The notes beneath the pieces were generated by a model. That model ran no database searches. It saw nothing but the letters and a program-made list of their open reading frames with translations, and was not told the DNA's origin. From a bacterium (GTDB lineage Bacteria > Actinomycetota > Acidimicrobiia > Spongiisociales > Spongiisociaceae): DNA of 64,000 nt. Made by a program: the position numbers and the translations under genes. The first letter of the stretch is position 1, and every line of letters starts with the position of its first letter. Shown piece after piece: positions 53,617-63,284 of this stretch. The stretch covers positions 11,437-75,436 of the forward strand of contig JAPPGU010000033.1 of the NCBI GenBank assembly GCA_028821265.1. Direction: 5' to 3'.

Positions 53617-55221
53617 CTAGTCCCGGCCGTCGATCGGATCGATGCCCAGGTCGGCGATGCCGAGCCGGGCTTCGATCAGGCTCGGTTCGCCGGTTCCCAC
53701 ATGTTTGCTGAGAGCAGCCTCCAACGCGTCAGGGGTGTCGGCTCGCGACGCACCCATCCCGAATGCTCGCGCGGCGGCCGTGAAGTCGGGTTGTTCTAGG
53801 TCGACGCCGAACCGGCGCCCCCCGCAGGACGTGTCCTGCACCTCGGCGATGATCCCGTAGGAGCGGTTGTTGTACACCACCAGGCACACGGGCAGCTCAT
53901 GCTCCACGGCAGTCGCCAATTCCCCGAGCGTGAACAGAGCTCCGCCGTCTCCCATCACCGCCAGCACGGTCTCGTCCGGTGCGGCGGCCTGCACGCCCAG
54001 GGCGGCTCCGTATGCCCATCCGAGGGTCTGGAAGTTCCAAGGGGTCATGAGCCGGCGGTCAGGTCCCAGAGGCACTCCGCCGGGGATCCACCGCGAAGCC
54101 ATCGTCACGTCACCGCAGATCGTCACGCCACGGGACGGCAGCGCCCTGTCGATCGGATCCGTCCACGGATGAGAGGCGGTCACCGGGTCGATCTCCGTCC
54201 GGGGGTGGCCGGGGCGGGTCCGGTGGCGGCCCATCGTCTCTGCGAGCGAGGCAAGGAAGGGACCGATGTCGGCTTGGATGGCCATATCCGGCTCGTAGTG
54301 CTGTCCGAGGCTGGCACGATCGATATCGACGTGGATGAGCGAGCCACCGATGCGGAGCGTCCAACCTGCGGTGGAGGCCCATCCGAAGCTCGTGCCGAGA
54401 GCCAGGACCAGGTCGGCCCGCTCCACGACGGCCCGGGTGGTGTCATTGTCCATGACGCCCGTCCAGCCGCTTTCGCGATCGGCCGCGGAGCGGCCTGCGA
54501 CCGTCGTAACCACCGGCAAGCCTGTGCTGCGAAGGAGGCGCGCCAGCTGAGGCTCTGCCCGTCCCCGCACCACCCCGGCACCGGCCAGCACTACCGGGTC
54601 GGTAGCGGCAGCGAGAAGCTTGGCGACTTGGCCGACTTCGTCGCTCGTGGACATCGGATACTCCGGTCGGGGCTTCTCACGGGCAGCAGGTTGCGGAGTC
54701 TCCGGCGCCTCCAGGGCGGCGCGGCTGATGAGCACCACACCGGGTCCGGGACGACCCGCGACGCAAGATCGCAGCACCTCTGTGACGGAGGCGGCAATCG
54801 ATGCGCCGGTGTCCGCACGCACCACCCGTGCTCCGGTGGCTTCCGCCAGCGCGGCCTGGTCGAGTGCTTCGTGCGGGAGTCCGAGGGGCCGGCCACGCCG
54901 CTGGGACGGATTGTGATCGCTGGCGATGACCACCACAGGCGACGAGTCCGCGTACGCGGTCTGCAGTCCGGTGACCGTGTTCCCGAGTCCGGGACCCCCG
55001 GTGACCACCACCACCCCGGGTTCGCCCGAGCGGCGAGCGTAGCCGTCGGCCATGAAGGCGGCGGCCTGCTCGTTGCGAGCCACTATCGACCTCATGCCTC
55101 CCTGGCGGCCGATGGCGTCGTAGATCTCCACGGTGTAGCTGGCCGGGATACCGAAGACGGTAGTGACACCGCCCTCGATCAGGGCCGCGACCACCGCGTC
55201 ACCGCCGTTCGGGACCGCCAT
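53617..55221 (-). CDS. thiamine-diphosphate enzyme, acetolactate-synthase-like, copy 2
   Basis: From MAVPNGGDAVVAALIEGGVTTVFGIPAS: NEQAAAFMADGYARRSG, VTGGPGLGN and GDGGALFTLGEL...VVYNNRSYG. ATG 55221 overlaps the upstream PTE stop by 1 nt (TGATG). The track ORF extension to 55986 is rejected. Confidence 0.88.
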   Translation of the reverse strand: MAVPNGGDAVVAALIEGGVTTVFGIPASYTVEIYDAIGRQGGMRSIVARNEQAAAFMADGYARRSGEPGVVVVTGGPGLGNTVTGLQTAYADSSPVVVIASDHNPSQRRGRPLGLPHEALDQAALAEATGARVVRADTGASIAASVTEVLRSCVAGRPGPGVVLISRAALEAPETPQPAAREKPRPEYPMSTSDEVGQVAKLLAAATDPVVLAGAGVVRGRAEPQLARLLRSTGLPVVTTVAGRSAADRESGWTGVMDNDTTRAVVERADLVLALGTSFGWASTAGWTLRIGGSLIHVDIDRASLGQHYEPDMAIQADIGPFLASLAETMGRHRTRPGHPRTEIDPVTASHPWTDPIDRALPSRGVTICGDVTMASRWIPGGVPLGPDRRLMTPWNFQTLGWAYGAALGVQAAAPDETVLAVMGDGGALFTLGELATAVEHELPVCLVVYNNRSYGIIAEVQDTSCGGRRFGVDLEQPDFTAAARAFGMGASRADTPDALEAALSKHVGTGEPSLIEARLGIADLGIDPIDGRD

Positions 55222-56195
55222 CACACCATCGCCAGGACAGAGGCCGGGTTGGTGATCATGCACCGGTCCACGACATCGCCCGGGACACCCTCTCCGACGG
55301 CCAGAGCCCGGAACCCGGTGATGAGATGGGCTAGGCCGGGGCCGCCGTTGACCGTGAGGTGCCTCCTCCTGCATAGGTCGCTGGCCACGATGATCCGATC
55401 GGCCAGACCCTCCTCGGCCAGCCGGCGCAACGCTCCGGCGCGCACGCGGTCGGTCGTCATCTGTACCCCGAGCGTCTCGGTGTAGTACTCGTACCCGATG
55501 GTGTCGAACTGTGCGTAGGCACCCCGTTCGATGATGCGGCGGACAAGCCCCAGGTCGGGCTCGGTGTCGTCGAGGTGCCCGACGACTATCCGCTCGGGGG
55601 CCAACCCCGTCGACGTGAGCACGTCGATCTGGTCGAGGGCGTTGCGCCCCAGATACGTGTGGGTGGACACCGCCACGCCGGTCTCGACGGCTGCCAGCGC
55701 CGACGCCCTGAACACGGTTGTCTCGCGTTCGGTCATCGGTCCGGTATAGGTGCCCTGTTCGCCGATGATCCCGGCCCGGATCCCCGTCCCGTCCACACCG
55801 TCGGTGATCTCCCCGATCAGTATCTCGGCGATCTGGTCGGCGGTCAGGCCGGCGATGCGGTCTGGATGGAACGGTTCGTGATAGATGCCCGCTCCCATCA
55901 CGACATGTACGCCGGTTGCTTCCGATGCATGTAAGAGGCCGCCGGGATCTCGTCCCATGCCCATCGGCGTGAGTTCGACCAGGCACGTACCTCCCGCCCG
56001 GGCGTAGGACCGCAACTCGGGCAGGGTGTCCTCGATCGATAGCATGTGATCGCCGTAGCGTTCCGCGGTCTCGCTCCAGTCCGGATGCGCCTGCTCCTCC
56101 GTACCCAGCGACAGGTGGGCGTGGGCATTCGTCAGACCCCAGTCGGCCGCCGGCACGTCTCCTCGTACCGTCCTGATCAGACCCGGCGAGCGCAT
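55221..56195 (-). CDS. phosphotriesterase-family metal-dependent hydrolase, copy 3 (tandem pair, distal)
   Basis: 324 aa. TNAHAHL (HxH), GIIGEQGTYTG, AVSTHTY, VVGHLDD and VASDL. Confidence 0.88.
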   Translation of the reverse strand: MRSPGLIRTVRGDVPAADWGLTNAHAHLSLGTEEQAHPDWSETAERYGDHMLSIEDTLPELRSYARAGGTCLVELTPMGMGRDPGGLLHASEATGVHVVMGAGIYHEPFHPDRIAGLTADQIAEILIGEITDGVDGTGIRAGIIGEQGTYTGPMTERETTVFRASALAAVETGVAVSTHTYLGRNALDQIDVLTSTGLAPERIVVGHLDDTEPDLGLVRRIIERGAYAQFDTIGYEYYTETLGVQMTTDRVRAGALRRLAEEGLADRIIVASDLCRRRHLTVNGGPGLAHLITGFRALAVGEGVPGDVVDRCMITNPASVLAMV

Positions 56196-56303
56196 GCTGT
56201 CAACCGCTCCGCGGAGATCCGGCGGTCCTGCCGGCTCCGTCGAAGGTCCCGTTCGGCCGGCAAGCAGCGCGCAGCCGCCCGGTCGGGGAAGTAGGCGTCA
56301 GTT

Positions 56304-57269
56304 TCACGGCATGGTCAGAACGGTTGCCGGGTTGGTGATCATGCACTGGTCGAGCACCTCTTCGGGGACTCCTTCGGCCAGAGCCGTCCGGCGGAACCCG
56401 TCCGCCAACACCACCAGACCCGGTCCACCACGGACCTGCAGGTGCCGCTGCATTCCGAAGTCGCTGGCGAGGATCACCCGGCCGGCCAGGCCCTCCTCCG
56501 CCAGCTGGAGCAGCTTGGCGGCTCGGACGACGTCGGTGGTCATCTGGACCTTGAGCCTCTCCGTGTAGTACTCGTAGCCGATGTCGTCGAACTGTGCCCA
56601 GGCCCCCCGTTTGATGATCTCGCGGATCAGGTCGAGGTCCGGCTCACCGTCGTCGAGATGCCCGATGACGATCCGGTCCGGGGCGAGTCCTTGGGAGGTG
56701 AGCACGTCGATCTGGTCCAGGGCGTTGAGACCCAGGTGGGTGTGGGTGGTGACCGCCACTCCGGTCTCCATAGCGGCCATGGCAGACGCGCTGAACACGA
56801 CCTTCTCGCGTTCGGTCATCGGGCCGGTGAAGGTGCCCTGCTCCCCGATGATGCCGGCGCGCACACCCGTGCCGTCCACCCCCTCGGTGATGTCCCGGAC
56901 CAGGATCTCGGCGATCTCCGCTTCGTCCAGGCCGGCTATCGACTCGGGATGGTGGGCGTCGTGATAGATGCCCGTGCCCATCACGATGTGCATCCCGGTC
57001 TGCTCGGAGGCCCGCACGAGGGCCGCCGGGTCCCGTCCCATGCCTGCCGGGGTCAGATCGACCAGGCAGAACCCGCCGGCGCGGGCGAAATCCTCCACCT
57101 CGGGGAGGCTGTCGTCGAGGGTCATGGTGAGCTCTGCCGCGTCCGTGGTGTCGAAGGGGGGCTTGGAGGTGTCGGGCACGCCGACCAGATGGGCATGAGC
57201 GTTGGTTATCCCCCAGGGCTCGGGCGGTACGTCGCCCAGCACCGTCCGTATCAGACCCGTTCGGGTCAC
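56304..57269 (-). CDS. phosphotriesterase-family metal-dependent hydrolase, copy 4 (tandem pair, proximal)
   Basis: Full-length paralogue of copy 3 (TNAHAHL, GIIGEQGTFTG, AVTTHTH, VIGHLDD, LASDF). GTG 57269 is preceded by GGGGAGGA and matches the N-terminus of the paralogue. The alternative ATG is 57302. Confidence 0.85.
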   Translation of the reverse strand: MTRTGLIRTVLGDVPPEPWGITNAHAHLVGVPDTSKPPFDTTDAAELTMTLDDSLPEVEDFARAGGFCLVDLTPAGMGRDPAALVRASEQTGMHIVMGTGIYHDAHHPESIAGLDEAEIAEILVRDITEGVDGTGVRAGIIGEQGTFTGPMTEREKVVFSASAMAAMETGVAVTTHTHLGLNALDQIDVLTSQGLAPDRIVIGHLDDGEPDLDLIREIIKRGAWAQFDDIGYEYYTERLKVQMTTDVVRAAKLLQLAEEGLAGRVILASDFGMQRHLQVRGGPGLVVLADGFRRTALAEGVPEEVLDQCMITNPATVLTMP

Positions 57270-57320
57270 TCCGTCATCCTCCCCGGTCGGTCTGCTGTGC
57301 ATGTCGAAGGGCGCGTGAAG

Positions 57321-59123
57321 TCAGGCGGTTCGACCCTTCTCGGTACCCGCCGCCAGTATGTCGTTCACGTCCCAATGACCTGATCCGATGATGCGGGGAT
57401 ACGGTGTAACCGGCACTTCGAGTACCCAGGTGCCGCGTTCCTCCAAGGCCTTGGACAGAAGCCCGGGGAAGTCATCCGGGTCGGTCACCCGCTCCGCACG
57501 GGCGCCGAAGGAGCGGGCGAACGCCACATAGTCGAGATCGTAGGAAACACCTTCGGGGTCCTTGAAATAGGTGCCGGCGTCCCGCCCGTAGTGTTTGTTC
57601 TGGTACAGGGCGATCGACGCGTAACCCGTGTTGTTGGCTATCAGCCAGACCGCGTCGATGCCCGCTGTCACCGCGGTGGGGAGCGCCGCGAGGCACGCCA
57701 TCACCGCCCCGTCGCCCACCAGAGCTACCACCGGCACGTCCGGGCGGGCCCGCCGCACTCCTATCGGAGCGGCCACTTCCTGGCCCATGGTCCCGAACCC
57801 GCTGGCCACGATCTGGGTGCCCTCATTCAAGAACGGGTAGTGCTGCCCGATGGCATGGCGGATTCCCACACCCGTGACCAGGATCGTGTCGGGCGGCAGC
57901 AGCTCGCGCAGCAGGGTTCCCAGGTAGGCCGGTTCGTACGGGAAGCTCGGAGCGGTGCGGACCTCATGGAGGTCGTCCGCCCAGGTCTGCTTCTCGCCGG
58001 CCAACTCCTCGCGCCAGGCATGCCACGGGTCTGCTCCGTTCATGCGGTCTTCCAGCGCGGCGGCCAGTTCCTCGAGGGACCGGCGGGCATCACCTACCAG
58101 GCCGACATCGGTGGGGTAGATCTTGCCGATCTGGTTGGGGTCTATGTCGATATGGATCAGCTTGGCGGGCGGGATGGGGGTGAAGTACTCCGGCCTCCAG
58201 TTGTTGCAGTCCATCTCCGGGAACCGGGTGCCGACCGCCACCAGCAGGTCGGCCCTTCTCGCCGCGTTGTTGCCCGGCCTGGTCCCCACGACGCCCGTGT
58301 AACCGATCGCCAGCGGGTGGTCCTCGGCGATGGCGCCCTGCCCGCTCATGGTTGTGGCGACCGGTAGCCCGAACTCATCGGCGAGGCGCGTCACCGCCCC
58401 GGAGGCCCGCGAGATGATGGCGCCGCCTCCCGCGAATACGAGCGGGCGTTCGGCTCGGGCGATCAGATCGGCAGCCCGCTCCATCTCGGTGGAGTCGGGG
58501 CCGCTGCGGCCGGACCGGGCGGGTCGGAGCCTGGCAACCGAAGGCTCTACCCATGCCGAGAAGAAGTCGAGCGGGACCTGCAGGACGACCGGGCCCGGAC
58601 ACCCCGCCAGCGCGTAGCGCACCGCCCGGTGGAACTGGTTGGCGAGTTCGGCGGCGCCGGTTGCCTGGATGATCCGTTTGGTGAGAGGGCGGGCGATGTC
58701 GATCTGGGCGTTGTCGATCGAGTAGGAGAGTTCCTGGAGGGGCTCCTTCCCTACGTAGGCGCTCGGCATCCCCCCGGCTATCACCACCATGGCCGACGAG
58801 TCGAGCATGGCGTCCCCGAGTCCGGTCATCAGGTTCGTGAACCCCGGTCCCACTGTGGTTGTCACGACCGAGATCCGTCCGCCCGCCCGGAAGTAGGCGT
58901 CGGCGGCGTGGGCGGCCACCTGCTCGTGGAACACGGTGACATAGTCGATCGTGTCGCTGTCCGCCAGGGCGTCCACGAATGCGAGGTTGCCGTGACCGAC
59001 CAACCCGAAGACCGTGTCGATCCCCTCAAGTTCCAGGGCACGCACGAGCGATGCCGCGCCGGTTATCTGAGTCGGATCGCCCGTAAGTCCACCCCTGTCG
59101 GTGAGCGGATTGTACACGTGCAC
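57321..59123 (-). CDS. thiamine-diphosphate enzyme, acetolactate-synthase-like, copy 3 (600 aa)
   Basis: GAASLVRALELEGIDTVFGLVGHGNL, HEQVAAHAADAYFRAGG, TVGPGFTNL and GDGAVMACLAAL...LIANNTGYA. Confidence 0.88.
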   Translation of the reverse strand: MHVYNPLTDRGGLTGDPTQITGAASLVRALELEGIDTVFGLVGHGNLAFVDALADSDTIDYVTVFHEQVAAHAADAYFRAGGRISVVTTTVGPGFTNLMTGLGDAMLDSSAMVVIAGGMPSAYVGKEPLQELSYSIDNAQIDIARPLTKRIIQATGAAELANQFHRAVRYALAGCPGPVVLQVPLDFFSAWVEPSVARLRPARSGRSGPDSTEMERAADLIARAERPLVFAGGGAIISRASGAVTRLADEFGLPVATTMSGQGAIAEDHPLAIGYTGVVGTRPGNNAARRADLLVAVGTRFPEMDCNNWRPEYFTPIPPAKLIHIDIDPNQIGKIYPTDVGLVGDARRSLEELAAALEDRMNGADPWHAWREELAGEKQTWADDLHEVRTAPSFPYEPAYLGTLLRELLPPDTILVTGVGIRHAIGQHYPFLNEGTQIVASGFGTMGQEVAAPIGVRRARPDVPVVALVGDGAVMACLAALPTAVTAGIDAVWLIANNTGYASIALYQNKHYGRDAGTYFKDPEGVSYDLDYVAFARSFGARAERVTDPDDFPGLLSKALEERGTWVLEVPVTPYPRIIGSGHWDVNDILAAGTEKGRTA

Positions 59124-59184
59124 CGTCTTGCGGCCGGTGCCGCCCTGGCAGGACAGGACACGGGACGATGGCCGTCAGGGTCGG

Positions 59185-59265
59185 CGCCGGTAAGCCATTT
59201 GGACAATTGGTACTAGCTGTTTGAGAGCAGTTAGATCTCGCTCTAGATGGTGGTTTCGCGTGCGG
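59185..59265. repeat. AT-richer CTAG-containing intergenic segment, possible diverged relative of the TAGTTG element
   Basis: agatctcgctctagatggtggtttcgcg resembles copy A agatctagttgttggtttctag. It also contains actagc, agatct and tctaga palindromes. Similarity is weak. Confidence 0.3.
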
Positions 59266-59272
59266 GCTGAGG

Positions 59273-60205
59273 TCAGACCGCGCCTGCGGAGCGGGCGACC
59301 TCGGGGTCCATCACGTCGCGGACCGCGTCGCCCAAGTTGTTGAAGGCCAGGATGAGCAGGGTGATCACCAGAGCGGGGGATATGGCCATCCACGGGGCGA
59401 GGGTCAGGAAGTCGACCGAGTTGGCGAGCATCCTCCCGAGATCGGCGGTGGGAGGCTCGAAGCCGAAACCGAGGAAGCTCAGGGCGGTCTGCACCAGCAA
59501 CCCGGTGGAGAGGCTGAGCACGCACATCACGAACAGGGGAGAGCTGATGCCCGGCAGGATGTGTCGGGTGACGAGGGCCAGCGGCTTGGTGCCCGACAGG
59601 CGGGCGGCATCGACGTAGGGGAGGCCGCGGACTTCCAGGGTGGAACCGCGGGCGATACGGGTGAAGCGGGGGAGGTAAATGACCCCGATGGCCAGGATCA
59701 TGTTGCGCGACCCTCCTCCGAACACGCCGACGATGAGGATGGCGGTGAGCAGGCCGGGCATGGCCAGCAGCACGTCGGTTCCCGCCATCAGCACCCTCTC
59801 CAGCCATCCCCGGCGGTATCCGGCGAGGATGCCGATGGCGCTCCCGGCGGTCACGGCCAGGATGACCGCGCCCAGTGGCACCCAGATGACCACCGGGATG
59901 GCGCTCACCACCCTGGCAGCGAGATCCCGGCCTAGTTGGTCGGTCCCGAACCAGTGCCGGGCGGACGGTCCCTGGAGGGAGTCGGCCGGGTTGATCTGGA
60001 TGGGATCCCAGTGGATCACCAGAGGTCCGGCGATGGCGAGGATCAGCACGGGGGCGATCAGCAGAAGGCCGAACCTCCCGGAGGGATGCCTGGCCACGGC
60101 ACGGAGTTGGTGCCAGAAACGAGCGTTGCGGATCCCGGGGGTTTCCCCGGCTCCCCGCCTCTCCACCGTAGAGAGGGCGTCCGGCAGCGGGTGCGGTGTG
60201 GTCAT
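59273..60205 (-). CDS. ABC transporter permease (DppC/OppC-like), second importer
   Basis: 310 aa. HWFGTDQLGRDLAARV and YVDAARLSGTKPLALVTRHILPG. The ATG overlaps the upstream stop (ATGA). Confidence 0.9.
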   Translation of the reverse strand: MTTPHPLPDALSTVERRGAGETPGIRNARFWHQLRAVARHPSGRFGLLLIAPVLILAIAGPLVIHWDPIQINPADSLQGPSARHWFGTDQLGRDLAARVVSAIPVVIWVPLGAVILAVTAGSAIGILAGYRRGWLERVLMAGTDVLLAMPGLLTAILIVGVFGGGSRNMILAIGVIYLPRFTRIARGSTLEVRGLPYVDAARLSGTKPLALVTRHILPGISSPLFVMCVLSLSTGLLVQTALSFLGFGFEPPTADLGRMLANSVDFLTLAPWMAISPALVITLLILAFNNLGDAVRDVMDPEVARSAGAV

Positions 60206-61152
60206 GTCTGTTCCCGCTGTCTCGGGTCCAGGATGGGGTAGAGGAGGTCCACCATGAAGTTCACCACTATGTAGACGCTGGCGATGACCAGCGTGGCCGC
60301 TATCACGTACGGGAAGTCACGTTCCGCGATGCCGAGCAATACCCCGCGGCCCAGCCCGGGCAGGTTGAAGATCTGCTCCACGATGATCAGACCACCGACG
60401 AGGGCTCCGAACAGTAGACCGATCAGCGTGACCACGGGTCCGAGCGAGGCTCGGAGCGCGTGGATGTACCGGACCCTGCTCTCCCTGGCGCCCTTGACGC
60501 GGGCCGTATCGACGAACGGTTCCTGCAGGCTGGCGATCATCGTGGTGCGGGTCATCTGGATGATCGAGGCGGACGTGGGAAGGGCGATGGCCAGGCACGG
60601 CAACATGACCGACCGCAGGTTGGCGATCGGATCCTCGGTGAACGGCACGTAGAACGACGTGTAGAAGGACCTGAGGACGATCGATCCCAGCCACACGAAC
60701 AGGACTCCCGATACGAAGGTCGGGACCGAGAAGAACACCAGGGAGATACCTCTCAGGACCCTGTCCACGATCGTGCCGGTGTTCACGGCGGCGTACACGC
60801 CGAGCGGGATGCCGATGATCACCGCCAGCAGGACGCTGAGGAAGGCCACCTCCAGGGATACCGGGAACTGCTGCCGGACATCGGCGGCGATATTGCGTTC
60901 CGTGAACAACGAATGGCCGAAGTCGCCCCTCACCGCATTGCCCAACCACTCCCCGTACCTCACCATCAGCGGGCGGTCCAGCCCGAGACGGGCCCGCATC
61001 TCGGCCATCCGCTCGGGCGTGGCGCCCTCGATGCCCGCCATCTGTTGGGCGATGTCACCCGGGACGATGGTCCCGATCACGTAGATCAGGAACGTCAGCA
61101 CGAACAGCACGGCCACCGCCTCGGCGAACCTACGGACGGTGAAGAGGATCAT
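60202..61152 (-). CDS. ABC transporter permease (DppB/OppB-like), second importer
   Basis: From MILFTVRRFAEAVAVLFVLTFLIYV, with FVDTARVKGARESRVRYIHALRASL. ATG 61152 overlaps the upstream ATPase stop. The track ORF extension to 61851 is rejected. Confidence 0.88.
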   Translation of the reverse strand: MILFTVRRFAEAVAVLFVLTFLIYVIGTIVPGDIAQQMAGIEGATPERMAEMRARLGLDRPLMVRYGEWLGNAVRGDFGHSLFTERNIAADVRQQFPVSLEVAFLSVLLAVIIGIPLGVYAAVNTGTIVDRVLRGISLVFFSVPTFVSGVLFVWLGSIVLRSFYTSFYVPFTEDPIANLRSVMLPCLAIALPTSASIIQMTRTTMIASLQEPFVDTARVKGARESRVRYIHALRASLGPVVTLIGLLFGALVGGLIIVEQIFNLPGLGRGVLLGIAERDFPYVIAATLVIASVYIVVNFMVDLLYPILDPRQREQT

Positions 61153-62162
61153 GCCGAAGCCCCGGAAGTCCCGGCGCCGGTCGCGGCGTAGCGGCTGTCG
61201 AACTCCCCGGCGAAATGGCATGCGACCCGGCTGGTTGGCGAGGCCCTGACCAGCTCCGGCTCCGCGTCGGAGCAGAGCGGTTGGGCGATCGGGCACCGGG
61301 TGTGGAACCGGCAGCCGGACGGGAGTTCGGTGGCGCTGGCCACCGGCCCGGTCAGCACTATGCGGTTGCGGCGGCGTTCCACGACCGGATCCGGCACCGG
61401 CACCGCCGACCGCAGCGTGATGGAGTACGGATGGACGAGCGGGCTCGTCCGGTCGTGAGAGTCTTCGAGTTCGACGATCTTGCCTAGGTACATGACCGCC
61501 ACGCGGTCGCTCATGAAGTCGACCGCGGCGATATCGTGGGAGATGAAGACGTAGTTCACCGCGTGGCGTTCCGCAAGGTCCTTGAGCAGGTTCAGGACCT
61601 GTGCCTGGGTCGACATGTCCAGGGAACTGACCGCCTCGTCGAGCACGATCAGCCGGGGCCTCCCGGCCAGGGCCCTGGCTATCGCCGCCCGCTGCTGCTG
61701 CCCTCCTGAGAGTTGACCCGGGTACTGGTCGATCAGCGAATCGGGGAGTCCCACCTGGTCGAGCAGTTCCAGGACCCGCTCGCGCATCTCGGGTTTCCTC
61801 ATGCCCTCGTTCCTGAGCGGCTCGGCGATGCTCCAGCCGATCCGCTTCCAAGGGTTGAGGGATCCGGCCGCGTCCTGGTACACCATCTGGAAACCGTCGG
61901 CTCGAGCGTTGGCGCCCGGACGCTGGCGGAGCGACCGCTTCTCACCCCGCACCACCACGTCACCCGAAGTGGGTCGCTGCAACCCGACGATCACCCGGCC
62001 CAGGGTGGTCTTCCCGCAGCCCGACTCGCCGACGATGCCGAGCACCTCGCCCTCGTTGATGGTCAGGTCCACGCCGTCGACGGCGCGCACGATCCCGCCC
62101 GCCCGTCCGCGCCTGCGAAGCCGGAAGTGAACCGAGACGCCTTCGAGCCGTAGTAGGGCCAT
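61149..62162 (-). CDS. peptide-type ABC transporter ATP-binding protein (DppF-like), second importer
   Basis: From MALLRLEGVSVHF: [29 protein letters not shown] and CRFHTRC. Confidence 0.9.
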   Translation of the reverse strand: MALLRLEGVSVHFRLRRRGRAGGIVRAVDGVDLTINEGEVLGIVGESGCGKTTLGRVIVGLQRPTSGDVVVRGEKRSLRQRPGANARADGFQMVYQDAAGSLNPWKRIGWSIAEPLRNEGMRKPEMRERVLELLDQVGLPDSLIDQYPGQLSGGQQQRAAIARALAGRPRLIVLDEAVSSLDMSTQAQVLNLLKDLAERHAVNYVFISHDIAAVDFMSDRVAVMYLGKIVELEDSHDRTSPLVHPYSITLRSAVPVPDPVVERRRNRIVLTGPVASATELPSGCRFHTRCPIAQPLCSDAEPELVRASPTSRVACHFAGEFDSRYAATGAGTSGASA

Positions 62163-62170
62163 CCCGTCGC

Positions 62171-63223
<1,053 letters not shown>

Positions 63224-63240
63224 TCAAAGGCGATGGCCGG

Positions 63241-63272
63241 GGCCGGGTGGGCCGTTGCAGCCCCACCCGGCC
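63241..63272 (-). terminator. intercistronic GC hairpin directly after the SBP gene of the second importer
   Basis: ggccgggtggg (63241-63251) pairs with cccacccggcc (63262-63272), an 11-bp perfect stem with a 10-nt loop. Same design and position as 45217-45248. Confidence 0.5.
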
Positions 63273-63284
63273 GCTGATTGCGAG

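Noticed and set aside
53617-55986. Long N-terminal extensions of track ORFs (53617-55986, 43262-44986, 60202-61851, 61149-62861, 38747-40303, 11547-12953, 10813-12075, 20834-21646).
   Set aside because: The extensions are low-complexity Arg/Pro/Gly sequence overlapping the upstream gene in another frame. Internal ATG/GTG codons give canonical N-termini and the usual ATGA/GTGA stop-start overlaps.
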